From positions 113,586,001 through 113,650,000 of the forward strand of contig CM059432.1 of NCBI GenBank assembly GCA_030390025.1: 64,000 nt of DNA, in the 5' to 3' direction. Each line of letters begins with the position of its first letter. The stretch's first letter is position 1. Below are positions 33,761 through 45,299 of the stretch, one piece after another. The notes beneath the pieces are model-generated. The model was not told where the DNA came from and made no database searches. It saw only the letters and a program-made list of their open reading frames with translations. Source of the stretch: Squalus acanthias (lineage: Eukaryota). A program made the translations under genes and the position numbers.

Positions 33761-34472
33761 TTTTCTGTTAATTAAGAATAGTTAATTTCTGAACTTTGTC
33801 ATTGCTTTAATATTTTTGAGAACTAATCACAAGAAACAAAAGTTCAACCTCTCTTTGTCCAATTTGCGTCTACTTTGTTTTAGTATTATTAATAATAAAT
33901 AGAGATGGTAGATTGGGATTGTTAGTTGAAGCATGTGAGGGCCACCCTGACCATTGGCACAAAAACATCTGCACAAATGCATAAAAAACAAACTAATTCC
34001 CCCCAGTATAGTCAGCACTGCCATGAGCATGCCTGTAATAATGAAGGAGAAAACTGGGTAATGTGCATCTGAAAACAAAGTGCAGGCAGGTGATTGTCAC
34101 AATCATATTGATGTACTTATGAGCATGCTAATGAGAATAGCCTGGCAATGTGAAAGCACTGAGTATAAGCGTTTTGGCAGTTAATATATTAACCAGGGCT
34201 GCCTCAAAACAAATTTACTGTACGCATATTCTATAAAATTGTTGAGTATAGGTGTGTATGGATTGAACACACGTGAGCGTTTTAAAAGACTGTTCAGGAC
34301 AGGAAATATTTTTGGACCAAAAAATCAGTTACAAAAAAAATGTGATTAGCTTTCACACTCCTTTATAGAGCCAGGCCATTCAGGAGAGAAGTTAGGAAAC
34401 ACTTCCTTACGCAAAGGGTGGTAGAAGTATGGAACTCTCTCCCACAAAAAGCAGTAGATATTAGCTCAATTA

Positions 34473-34616
34473 ATGGGGCAGAAATTAGGCTTGCCACGGG
34501 TGAGTACGCACTATGAATCCCCTGCGGGCCCAGGGGTCAACGGCAGGCGCAGTAGGTAGGTGCGCGCGCGATCCTTGCACCCGCGGGAAGCCAGGGAGCC
34601 GAATTTCTGGCCCTAT
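34473..34616. mobile_element. short deletion-derivative MITE of the 4376/34619 family
   Basis: TA-flanked, TIRs ATGGGGCAGAAATT / AATTTCTGGCCCTAT. Shares both terminal segments with the long copies. Confidence 0.7.
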
Positions 34617-34618
34617 TA

Positions 34619-35374
34619 ATGGCCCAGAAATTCGGGTCGGAGGTTTCCCGCGCGTGCAAGCGTAGCGGGAGCACTTACATAGCGCGCCTGCCGTTGTGCT
34701 GTGGGCCCGCGTGGGATTCCGATCCTGGGCCTCCTCCAGCTGCCGGTGTGCAGTGCTCGCGTATCCCAGCGGCGAAGCTAGTTCGCAGCGTCCCCTGGGA
34801 TCACGTGGTCCATGGGGAGCCAATCGGAGCAGGGAATCTCCATTCATAGATTTGACAGGAAGACCTGTCAAATCTATGAATAGAGATCGGCCCCAAAACC
34901 TAAGTAAAACTTCAAATAAATTTTTTAAAAACATCACATTTTTAAAATAACTATAAATTACATACATTAACTACTTTAAACAAAAATTTAAATTTTGGAA
35001 AAAATTTATTAAAGTTTTTAACGGGGCTAAAAATAAACTTACCTTCTTTAAAGTATTTAAAAATGACAAACCTGTGGAAAAAATGTTTCAATTTTACTTA
35101 ATTCACCTCTTACCTTGTTAACAGCAGGCCTTGTGCCTGCTTTTTCCACGCGCAGCTGCTAGGGACTTACCCTCACGGAGAAACCTGTAAAAAAAGCGGA
35201 AGTTCAATGCGTGCGCGCTGCCTCTCCCGCGCACGCGGCTGACCTGCGAACCCCTTCCTTCACGAGACCGGAAGTTCCGGTTTCCCGTGCATGCGCGAAA
35301 TTGGCACTTCCGGTGGCCCTACGGGTGAGTACACAGCAAATACTCACCCGTGGAGACCCGAATTTCTGGCCCAT
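34619..35374. mobile_element. MITE (inverted homologue of 4376-5143)
   Basis: TA flanks; TIRs ATGGCCCAGAAATTCGG / CCGAATTTCTGGCCCAT. Confidence 0.85.
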
Positions 35375-35626
35375 TATCTTCTTTGGTCCATTATCAATTT
35401 GTGCCTGATTAGGCTTCTGGGAAGCACCTTGGTTCATTGTTTTACGTTAAAGGCGCTATATAAATGCAAGTTGTTATTGTTGAACAATTACTGTTGTTGA
35501 TAGCAGTTCTTAATGGGTTTGATCACATTTTGTTGCCGTAATTTTAACGGAGGTGTTAACTTGTATATTTTAAACTGGATAATGTCACTGTTAATATAAC
35601 GTCTGTTAATATACGCCAACATCTTC

Positions 35627-36775
35627 ATGCACAAGTTCGAGCAAGACTTCTTCGCTGCACAGGACCTCCAACCAACGCTGTACACCAGATACATCGACGA
35701 CATCTTCTTCCTTTGGACCCACGGCGAAGGATCACTGAAAGGACTACACGATAGCATCAACAGGTTCCATCCCACCATCAAACTCACCATGGACTACTCC
35801 TCAGAATCGGTTTCATTCTTGGACACACGAATCTCCATCAAAGACGGACGCCTCAGCACTTCACTCTACCGCAAGCCCACGGACAACCTCACGATGCTCC
35901 ACTTCTCCAGCTTCCACCCTAACCACGTTAAAGAAGCCATCCCCTATGGACAAGCCCTGCGAATACACAGGATCTGCTCAGACGAGGAGGAACGCGATGG
36001 ACACCTACGGACACTGAAAGACTCCCTCGTAAGAACGGGATATGACGCTCGACTCGTCGATCGACAGTTCCGACGGGCCACAGCGAAAAACCGCATAGAC
36101 CTCCTCAGAAGACGAACACGGGACACAACCAACAGAGTACCCTACGTCGTCCAGTACTTCCCCGGAGCGGAAAAACTACGCCATGTTCTTCGCAGCCTTC
36201 AACATGTCATCGATGACGACGAACACCTTGCTAAGGCCATCCCCACGCCTCCACTACTCGCCTTCAAGCAGCCGCCTAACCTCAAAAGTACCATCGTTCG
36301 CAGCAGATTACCCATCTTTCAGGAGAACAGCAACCAAGACACCACACAACCCTGCCACGGCAACCTCTGCAAGACATGTCAAATCATGGACACAGATACC
36401 ATCATTACACGTGAGGACACTACCCACCAGGTACGCGGTACATACTCATGTGACTCGGCCAACGTTGTCTACCTGATACGTTGCAGTAAAGGATGCTCCA
36501 GAGCATGGTACATTGGCGAGACCATGCAGACACTGAGACAACGTATGAACGGACACCGCGCAACAATCGCCAGGCAGGAGGGTTGCCTCCCAGTCGGGGA
36601 ACACTTCAGCAGCCAGGGGCATTCAGCCTCGGATCTGCGGGTAAGCGTTCTCCAAGGCGGCCTTCGAGATACACGACAGCGCAAAATCATAGAGCAGAAA
36701 CTGATAGCCAAGTTCCGCACTCATGAGGATGGCCTCAATCGCGATATCGGGTTCATGTCACGATACAGAACGTGA
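35627..36775 (+). CDS. Penelope RT (C-terminal part) + GIY-YIG endonuclease, open but N-truncated
   Basis: RYIDDIF, FLDTRI, YRKPT, C-x4-C-x2-C and NVVYLIRC...YIGET...RMNGHR motifs. Confidence 0.88.
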   Translation: MHKFEQDFFAAQDLQPTLYTRYIDDIFFLWTHGEGSLKGLHDSINRFHPTIKLTMDYSSESVSFLDTRISIKDGRLSTSLYRKPTDNLTMLHFSSFHPNHVKEAIPYGQALRIHRICSDEEERDGHLRTLKDSLVRTGYDARLVDRQFRRATAKNRIDLLRRRTRDTTNRVPYVVQYFPGAEKLRHVLRSLQHVIDDDEHLAKAIPTPPLLAFKQPPNLKSTIVRSRLPIFQENSNQDTTQPCHGNLCKTCQIMDTDTIITREDTTHQVRGTYSCDSANVVYLIRCSKGCSRAWYIGETMQTLRQRMNGHRATIARQEGCLPVGEHFSSQGHSASDLRVSVLQGGLRDTRQRKIIEQKLIAKFRTHEDGLNRDIGFMSRYRT

Positions 36776-36993
36776 CTTGACATCATGGCCGGTCTTCCCA
36801 GGTGTTTTTTTTTTAAAAAGGCTAACACAAGAACACAAATTGACAGGATATGCAGCCAGCAGGTGGTTTGACACGTTGGACCCCCTGGGACACATCTCAT
36901 TGTCTTGGCTGTGCTCTTTGTTGTAGGGAATAATGTGAATAGATTTTGTCTGGGTTTAAATTGTGAATTCTGGGAGATTCTCTCATTGCTAAC

Positions 36994-37032
36994 TTACCTG
37001 ACGAAGGAGCGAACTGCTTCGAAAGCTTGTAA
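36994..37032 (+). ncRNA. minimal hammerhead ribozyme-like motif of Penelope
   Basis: TTAC-CTGACGA-A-GGAGC(gaact)GCTTC-GAAA-GC-TT-GTAA: core boxes, stem I TTAC/GTAA and palindromic AGCT stem III. Confidence 0.7.
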
Positions 37033-38637
37033 AATTAAATAAATCTGTTGGACTATAACCTGGTGTTGTGCGACTTCTCATGTTAATATAACGGACAGAG
37101 GAATGTGTTTTTTTAGTTTTTACGGGCAGGAATTTCTAGTTCATTTTTCAAAAAAATATTTTATTTTGTTCTCCTTTAGATGAATGATAATGCTAGAGAA
37201 TAATTTTTTTTCAATTTTTGGCACCCAATATCAGTCCTAATGAGATTAAGTATAGAATACACTAGGTACAGGGTAAAGCTATTTCTACTCTTCTCCCAGC
37301 ATTGTGCCTCAACTTCAAAAGAACTTTCTCCCCCCATGTTCCAGTATAAATTTCCACAGTAACCGCCCCCCCAACCCCCCATCTAAATATTCGAAACCAT
37401 TGCTTCTCTCAGTCCCTCAAACAAATATAATTTAAAAGATCTAGGGGAAAAATTAAAGCTCTAAGTAGCTGTAGTTATTTTGTAAAATAAATGGTTTCCT
37501 CTGTTTAAGCACTGGGTCAACATTGCAAGTTTACTGACACCACTTTTTCTGTCAATTTATCTCCTCCACTTTGCCTTCTTTTCTGAAAGTGTGTATTCCT
37601 TTTTGGGATACAAGTCAATGGGGGCCAACTGTCCGAGTACCATATGTAAGTGGCCAGTCTTCGTTAATGATCTTAAACAGTAAATGCCAGCAGGCTTTTC
37701 AACTACAGGACACAGCAGAGCTGAGCTTGTTCTCACCTAATAGCCCCAAGAGTACACTTGCAGCATGGATAATGAGATCATGATCAAGAAAGGGACCCTA
37801 GATGATTTTCTTTCTCCTGCCTCTCCTCTTCCCTGAACCTGAAGAGCTGAGGTTAATTGCAGCATCCACACTTCCTCTAGCACAGAACATTGATTGACCC
37901 GTATAGCTCTGCCACTCACTACCTTAACCAGCTCAGCTATTGGGAGAGCACACCGATAAAACGTTGAGAGCAGCAATGAACATGATTGATTGCAAGTTAT
38001 GTCGAGTATAAAATTGTTTATTATTGAGGTTCCTTTGCCAACTATAATGGAGCTTACACTGTACTCCTATTGAAGACTGTCACTAGGACAAAGCCCCCGC
38101 TGTATAATGAAAATACGTGGTTGGTGTGAGTGATGCCACAGATATGTTGTGAAAAACTCAGGACCTCTGAAAGCTTTAATACTTGAAAAAAAATGTGTTG
38201 AACTATTTTTGCCACTTTTGGTTCTTTTCTAAAGAATAATCTTGCCCCATCATTGCCTCCTCTGCGCAGGCAGTCATCTCAACCAGGAGCGATGATTGGT
38301 TCTGGTGGGCCTTTGCAGCCACTGTGGATGCCAATCCTAGTCTGATCAGCGTATGCTGTGATTGGATGGGTGGATTTGATTCCTGTCTTTGGCTCAGCCC
38401 TTCACCTGTGCTTCATGGTCTACAGGACCTATCAGCTGAAGAATCTTCCAGAGGAAATGTGGGCACAACTGTCAATAATTTAGATCTTATAGTCAGTGCT
38501 CTGTAGCAATGGGCATGCTTATTAGTTTAACAGAATAGTCCAGATTCATTTTTGAAATTTATTTCAATAAGGTGAATGTGTGGAAAACGGAGGTTAAAAT
38601 ACTCTAGAGCAGCATCTCAATACATTGTACAGGGACA

Positions 38638-38756
38638 TAAAGAAAGAAAATAAAGACTTGCATTTATATAGCGCCTTTCACAATCACCGGACGTCCCAAA
38701 GTGCTTTACAGCCAATGAAGTACTTTTTGAAGTGTAGTCACTGTTGTAATGTAGGA
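38638..38756 (-). mobile_element. SacSINE1-like SINE 3' fragment
   Basis: Matches 28087-28200. Confidence 0.8.
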
Positions 38757-38857
38757 TACATAGATACATAGATACATAGAAGATAGGAGCAGGAGTAGGC
38801 CATCCGGCCCTTCGAGCCTGCTCCGCCATTTAATGAGATCATGGCTGATCCTTCAAT

Positions 38858-41608
38858 TCAGTATCCCGTCCCCGCCTTCTCTCCGTAACCCTTAACCCCT
38901 TTTGCCTGTAGAAATATATCTAATTCCCTCTTAAATATATTTAATGAGCTGGCGTACACTGCCCTCTGTGGCAATGAGTTCCACAGGTTCACCACTCTCT
39001 GAGTGAAGAAATTCCCCCTCATTTCTGTCCTAAATGGTTTAGCCCTTATCCTTAAATTATGTCCTCTAGTTCTGTTCTCACCCGCCAAGGGAAACATTCC
39101 TTCTGCATCTAATCTGTCTAGACCTGTCAGAATTTTATACACTTCTATGAGGTCCCCTCTCAATCTTCTAAACTCCAGTGTGTACATCCCTAAACTACAT
39201 AGTCTCTCCTCATAGGTCAATCCCGCCATTCCTGGTATCAGCCTGGTGAATCGCCGCTGCACCCCCTCCATGGCAAGAACATCTTTCCTCAGATGAGGCG
39301 ACCAAAACTGTACACAGTACTCGAGGTGTGGTCTCACCAGTGCCCTGTACAGCTGCAGCAAGGTATCCCTGTTCCTGTATTCCAACCCTTTTGCTATGAA
39401 GGCCAGCATACCGTTTGCCTTCTTGACCGCCTGTTGCACCTGCATGCTCGCCTTCAGTGACTGGTGTACAAGAACACCCAGGTCTCTCTGTACTTCCCCC
39501 TCTCCCAATTTATTGCCATTTAAATAATAATTTGCCCTCCCGTTCCTGCACCCAAGGTGGATAACTTCGCACTTGTCCACATTATAGTGCATCTGCCATT
39601 TATCCGCCCAATCACCCAGTCTGTCCAAATCGCTCTGGAGCTTCCTGGTCTCCTCCTCTGAGCCCACCCCCCCTCCTAGTTTAGTGTCGTCTGCAAATTT
39701 GGAAATGCTGCATTCGACTCCCTGATCCAGGTCATTAATATAAATTGTGAACAGCTGGGGACCCAGGACAGATCCCTGTGGTACCCCACTTGTTACTGCC
39801 TGCCATTCAGAAAATGAGCCGTTTATTCCAACTCTCTGTTTTCTATCTGACAGCCAGTTCTCTATCCACGTCAATACTTTCCCCTTTATCCCATGAGCTT
39901 CAATTTTCCATGCTAATCTTTTATGTGGGACCTTATCGAAGGCCTTTTGGAAGTCCAGGTACACCACATCTACTGGCTCTCCCCCATCTATTTTACCAGT
40001 TACTCCCTCAAAAAATTCCAATAGATTAGTCAAGCACGATTTACCCTTTGTAAATCCATGTTGACTCTGTCCTATCCTGTCCCCATTTGCTAAGTGCTCG
40101 GCTATTTCATCCTTAATGATGGACTCCAGCATTTTGCCCACAACTGATGTAAGGCTTACAGGTCTGTAATTACCTGCTTTTTCCCTACCCCCCTTTTTGA
40201 ATAGTGGGGTAACGTTAGCTACCCTCCAATCCATGGGCACTGTTCCCGAGTCTAATGAATTCTGAAAAATCATGCTTAGTGCATCCGCTATCTCTAGGGC
40301 CACCTCCTTCAGTACCCTAGGATGCATGTTATCAGGCCCTGGGGATTTGTCCGCCTTCAATCCCTTTAGCTTCCTTAACACCATATCCTTAGAGATATTG
40401 ATTTGCGTCAGTTCCTCCTTTGCCAATGTCCCTATTTTTCCCGATATCCCAGGGAGGTTTTTTGTGTCTTCCTTCGTAAAGACTGACCCAAAGTATGCAT
40501 TTAGTTGGTCTGCCATTTCCTTATTTCCCATTATATATTCCCCCGTATCTGACTGCAATGGACCAACTTTGGTTTTCACCAGTCTTTTCCTCTTGATATA
40601 CTTATAAAAGCTTTTGGAGTTAGTTTTTATATTTTCCGCCAGCTTGCTTTCGTAAGCTATTTTGCCCTTCTTGATTAAGCCCTTTGCCCTCCTTTGCTCT
40701 ATCTTAAACTGTTCCCAATCTTCCGCTCTGGCGCGTTTTTTGGCTATTTTATACGCCCTATCTTTGGATTTTATGCTGTCTCTAATTTCCCCTGTTATCC
40801 ACGGTTGAGTCACCTTTTTAGATTTCCTTTTATGCCAGATTGGTATAAACAATTTTTGCAATTTTGTCATTCTATCTTTAAATGCTTGCCATTGTTTATC
40901 TACCTCCAGTCCTCCCAGGAACGTTGTCCAATCAGACCTACTCAGTTCCCGTCTAATGGCATCATAATTCCCCTTGTTTAAATTCAGGACCTGAGTCTCT
41001 GAGTCAATTTCTTCGCTCTCCATTTCGAGTGAGAAATCGATCATGTTATGATCGCTCTGACCCAAGGGTCCCCGTACAACAAGATTACTAATTAGTCCCT
41101 TCTCATTGCACAGTACCCAGTCCAATATAACCTGTTCCCGAGTTGGTTCCTCGACATATTGATCCAGATAACCATCCCTTAAACACTCAAGGAATTCCTC
41201 CTCCTCATTATTTTTACTGATTAGGCTAGTCCAATCTATATGTAAGTTAAAGTCACCTATGATGACAGCTGTGCTCTTATTGCACGCTTCTCTAATTTCC
41301 CTCGTGATGCCCTCCCCAACCTCTATTTTACTATTTGGAGGCCTATATACCACTCCTATTAATGTTTTTCGCCCCTCGCTATTTCTTAGCTCCACCCATA
41401 TAGATTCTGTATTAACTGAGTTAATATCCTTCCTTTCAATTGCATTTATCCCCTCTTTTACCAGCAATGCTACCCCTCCTCCCTTTCTTTTTTGTCGATC
41501 CTTCCTAAATACTGAATACCCCTGTATGTTAAGCTCCCAGCCCTGCTCACCCTGCAACCATGTTTCCGTAATCCCAATTAGATCATAATTATTAACCTCT
41601 ATTTCCAC
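38858..41608 (-). CDS. CR1 ORF2 (APE endonuclease + RT)
   Basis: 916-aa open frame with [21 protein letters not shown] and FADD. The true start is probably slightly upstream. Confidence 0.93.
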   Translation of the reverse strand: MEIEVNNYDLIGITETWLQGEQGWELNIQGYSVFRKDRQKRKGGGVALLVKEGINAIERKDINSVNTESIWVELRNSEGRKTLIGVVYRPPNSKIEVGEGITREIREACNKSTAVIIGDFNLHIDWTSLISKNNEEEEFLECLRDGYLDQYVEEPTREQVILDWVLCNEKGLISNLVVRGPLGQSDHNMIDFSLEMESEEIDSETQVLNLNKGNYDAIRRELSRSDWTTFLGGLEVDKQWQAFKDRMTKLQKLFIPIWHKRKSKKVTQPWITGEIRDSIKSKDRAYKIAKKRARAEDWEQFKIEQRRAKGLIKKGKIAYESKLAENIKTNSKSFYKYIKRKRLVKTKVGPLQSDTGEYIMGNKEMADQLNAYFGSVFTKEDTKNLPGISGKIGTLAKEELTQINISKDMVLRKLKGLKADKSPGPDNMHPRVLKEVALEIADALSMIFQNSLDSGTVPMDWRVANVTPLFKKGGREKAGNYRPVSLTSVVGKMLESIIKDEIAEHLANGDRIGQSQHGFTKGKSCLTNLLEFFEGVTGKIDGGEPVDVVYLDFQKAFDKVPHKRLAWKIEAHGIKGKVLTWIENWLSDRKQRVGINGSFSEWQAVTSGVPQGSVLGPQLFTIYINDLDQGVECSISKFADDTKLGGGVGSEEETRKLQSDLDRLGDWADKWQMHYNVDKCEVIHLGCRNGRANYYLNGNKLGEGEVQRDLGVLVHQSLKASMQVQQAVKKANGMLAFIAKGLEYRNRDTLLQLYRALVRPHLEYCVQFWSPHLRKDVLAMEGVQRRFTRLIPGMAGLTYEERLCSLGMYTLEFRRLRGDLIEVYKILTGLDRLDAEGMFPLAGENRTRGHNLRIRAKPFRTEMRGNFFTQRVVNLWNSLPQRAVYASSLNIFKRELDIFLQAKGVKGYGEKAGTGY

Positions 41609-41799
41609 AGCTAATTCATCTACCTTGTTCCTGATGCTTCTCGCATTAAGGTATAAAACCCTCAGGCTTTTTTTATGCTCACATTTTTTATGAATTAGTT
41701 TGGCCCTTTGTTTTTTGTTCCTCTCCTTTTTACCATTTATTTCTGTCTGCCTTTCACTTTCCTCTATTTCACTACATGGGTTTCTAGCCCCCTGCCATA

Positions 41800-42600
41800 C
41801 TAGTTTAAATGCTCCCGAACTGCTTTATCAAAATTTACCCCGAGAACCTCAGTTCCATCTTTGCACAGGTGTAGACCGTCCCTTTTGTATAGGTCACACC
41901 TACCACAAAACTGGTCCCAATGCCTCAAAAATTTAAAACCCTCCCTCTTACACCACTGCTCAAGCCACGTATTTAGCCTAACTATCCTGTTCTCTGTACT
42001 CTTACTAGCACGTGGCACTGGTAGTAATCCAGAGATTACTACCTTCGAGGTCCTACTTTTTAGCTTGGCTCCTAACTCCCTAAATTCTACTTGTAGGACC
42101 TCTTCCCTTTTTTTAGCTACGTCGTTGGTACCAACATGTATCACGACAACTGGCTGTTCCCCCTCCCCCTCCAGAATGTTCTGCACCCGCGCCGAGACAT
42201 CCTTGACCCTTGCACCAGGGAGGCAAATTACCATCCTGGAGTCTCGGTCGCGACCACAGAAACTCCTATCTATTCCCCTTACAATCGAATCCCCTATTAC
42301 TATAGCCCTGCCACTCTTTTTCCCTCCCTTCTTTGCAACAGAGCCAGTCATGGTGCCATGAGCCTGGCTGCTGGTGCCTTCCCCCGATGAGTCATCCCCC
42401 CCGACAACAGCACCTAAGGCGGTGAACCTGTTGCTGAGGGAGACAACCCCAGGGGATTCCTGCACTACCTTCCTGCCCTTGCTCTGCCTTTTGGTCACCC
42501 ATGTACTATCTACTCTGGCCTTAACCTGCGGTGTGACCAACTCACTAAATGTGCTATTCACAACCCTCTCAGAATCGTGGATGCTCCAAAGTGAGTCCAT
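41800..42600 (-). CDS. CR1 ORF1 (SGNH esterase domain), N-truncated
   Basis: IGDSIVRG, HVGTND and DGLHL motifs. Confidence 0.85.
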   Translation of the reverse strand: MDSLWSIHDSERVVNSTFSELVTPQVKARVDSTWVTKRQSKGRKVVQESPGVVSLSNRFTALGAVVGGDDSSGEGTSSQAHGTMTGSVAKKGGKKSGRAIVIGDSIVRGIDRSFCGRDRDSRMVICLPGARVKDVSARVQNILEGEGEQPVVVIHVGTNDVAKKREEVLQVEFRELGAKLKSRTSKVVISGLLPVPRASKSTENRIVRLNTWLEQWCKREGFKFLRHWDQFCGRCDLYKRDGLHLCKDGTEVLGVNFDKAVREHLN

Positions 42601-42805
42601 CCGCAGCTCAAGGATATAGCTAATAACAGAAATTCTTTTGATTAAAAGGAAAATAAAAATGAAATTTCAAAGTGATAGGTAATTGGAGTTAACAGCACTT
42701 CCATGTGATCTACTGCACCCTTTTACTTCACATCAAATGATCTTGACTCGTCACTTTCAGTGTTGAGACAATGTGGATTTACAATTTTAAAACGTGTTGG
42801 AATGC

Positions 42806-43252
42806 ACAGGACAAAGCAGCCCACTTGATTGGCACCCCATCCACCACCTTAAACATTCACTCCCTGCACCACCGGCGTACTGTGGCTGCAGTGTGTACCA
42901 TCTACAAGATGCACTGCAGCAACTCGCTAAGGCTTCTTCGACAGCACCTCCCAAACCCACGATCTCTTCCACCTAGAAGGCCAAGGGCAGCAGGCGCATG
43001 GGAACACCACCACCTCCAAGTTCCCCATCAAGTCACACACCATCCCGACTTAGAAGTATATCGCCGTTCCTTCATCGTCGCTGGGTCAAAATCCTGGAAC
43101 TCCCTCCCTAACAGCACTGTGGGAGTACCTTCACCACACGGACTGTAGCGGTTCAAGAAGGCAGCTCACCACCACCTTCTCAAGGGCAATTAGGGATGGG
43201 CAATAAATGCTAGCCTTGCCAGCGACGCCCACATCCCATGAACAAAAAAAAA
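42806..43252 (+). mobile_element. 3' fragment of a second CR1-group LINE family
   Basis: QDKAAHLIG...SLHHRRTVAAVCTIYKM...WNSLP C-terminus and A-tail. Confidence 0.75.
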
Positions 43253-43867
43253 CCACAGAGGAGTATAAGTCTACAGAGGTTATGCTGAGGCTTTATAAAG
43301 GTATTGGTCAAACTTCATTTGGAATATTATGTGCAATTCTGCTTGCTATACTTGAAAAGGAACATACATGTATTGGAAAGGGTACAAACAAAAGCAATAA
43401 GAATGCTTCCAAGGGCAAAGCGCTGGGAGAAAAAATGAGAGAACCTTAAGTATAGTCTACAGATAAAAAGGTTATGGGAGGACTTTACTGAGGTATATAA
43501 TGTATTAAATGACAGTTGTGGATCCTTGGGGCACAGCGACCACAGAATGATCAAGTTCAATGTGACCTGGGGCTCAGAAATACCAAACACCATCAGCAAG
43601 GTACATAATGTTAGAAGAACTAAGTTCAAAGAAATGAGAAAACTACTTAAGCAAATTTATTGGGGGAAGTTGTTCAAACAAACTTCTATGGAGGACAAGT
43701 GGATCACCTTTAAAGGCCAATATTGAGTATACAGAATAAATATATACCTGGGATGAGCAAGGTCAAACTAAACAAATGTGACTCTTCATGTATTAACAAA
43801 CTAATCAAAAGTGAAATGGAAGAAACACAACCTCTACAAATCCTGCAGGGTAAAAGTGAAGGGGTTC

Positions 43868-44350
43868 ATGAGCTGAATCCACTGACTCCATCCCTCTCCC
43901 TGGCAACTGTCTGAGGCTGAACCAGACTGTTCGCAACCTTGGTGTCGTATTTGACTCTGAGATGAGCTTCTGACCACATATCCATGCCATCACTAAGACC
44001 ACCTATTTCCACCTCTGTAACATCGCCCGACTCCGCCCTTGCCTCAGCTCATCTGCTGGTGAAACACTCATCCATGCCTTTGTTACCTCTAGACTTGACT
44101 ATTTCAATGCATGCCTGCCCGGCCTCCCATCTTCCACCCTCCATAAACTTAAGGCCATCCAAAACTCGGCTACCCGTATCCTAACTCGCACCAAGTCCCG
44201 TTCACCCATCACTCCTGTGCTCGCTGGCCTACATTGGCTCCCGGTTAAGCAACGCCTCAATTTTAAGATGCTCATCCTTGTTTTCAAATCCCTCCATGGG
44301 CTCGCTCCTCCAGCCGCACAATCCTTCGAGATAACTGCACTCCTCCAATT
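43868..44350 (+). mobile_element. L2 LINE fragment
   Basis: Reverse homologue of 32300-32800 (LAGLHWLPVKQRLNFK). Confidence 0.8.
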
Positions 44351-44389
44351 ATGGGTCACTTTCATGAACTCTGGTGGTCCTCTAAGAAT

Positions 44390-44725
44390 TTTAGGTCAAG
44401 CCCTCTAAGAAATGTATACGTTTCAATGAGATCATCTCTCATTCTTTTAAACTCCAGAGAACATAGGCCCATTCTACTCTGTCTCCTCAAGGACAACCCT
44501 CTCAACCCATTCTAGTGAACCTTCGTTGAACCCCTGCAAGTATATCCTTCCTTAGGTAAGGAGACCAAAACTGTACACAATACTCCAGGTGAGGTCTCAC
44601 CAGGGCCCTATATAATTGCAGCAAGACTTCCTTACTCTTATACTTTAACCCCCTTCCAATAAAGGCTAACATACCATTTGCCTTCCTAATTGCTTGCTGT
44701 ACCTGCAGGTTAGCTTTCTGTTATT
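44390..44725 (-). mobile_element. CR1 fragment
   Basis: Matches CR1 ORF2 C-terminal region (ggagaccaaaactgtacacaatactccagg). Confidence 0.75.
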
Positions 44726-45055
44726 CGTATTAGCTGTTGCCCTTTGTTGTGTAAGTATGTCTGATGTCTTATCTCTTCCAATCTTTATTGCCAAAGAAAC
44801 TTTTCTCTTATCTACATTGGCAATCAAAATCCCTTCATCATAATTCCCCCTGCTGTGAGAAAGCCTACCTGATACAATGTGTGTGTGTCTCGCTCTCTCG
44901 AGTGTGTTTTAACCTAATAACTATAGCTTAATATTATATAATTCTATATAATGCCAATTAGCTTATTCCATTTAATAATCGAAACATGCCTATCGTTACA
45001 CGGGAGAGTAGACTGGAGGAGGTGAGTGACACACGGATATGATATAATTGGGATT

Positions 45056-45299
45056 ACATAGAAACATAGAAACATAGAAGATAGGAGCAGGAGTAGGCCA
45101 TTCGGCCCCTCGAGCCTGCTCTGCCATTCGAAGAGATCATGGCTGATCATCCAAACTCAGTACCCTGTACCTGCCTTCTCCCCATATCCCTTGATACCTT
45201 TAGCTTTAAGAAATATATCTAACTCATTCTTGAATATATTTAATGACTTGGCCTCAACTACCTTCTGTGGTAGAGAATTCCACAGGTTCACCACTCTCT
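45056..45299 (-). mobile_element. CR1 3' end, head-to-head with the next copy
   Basis: Reverse homologue of 47838-48072. Confidence 0.85.

Larger units (their letters stand above)
35609..37080 (+). mobile_element. Penelope-like element, 5'-truncated, 13-bp TSD
   Basis: RT C-terminus + GIY-YIG. TGTTAATATAACG at 35589-35601 and 37081-37093. Confidence 0.92.
38757..42610 (-). mobile_element. CR1 LINE with open ORF2 and partial ORF1
   Basis: 3' tail with (acatagat)n, ORF2 and ORF1. Confidence 0.93.
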
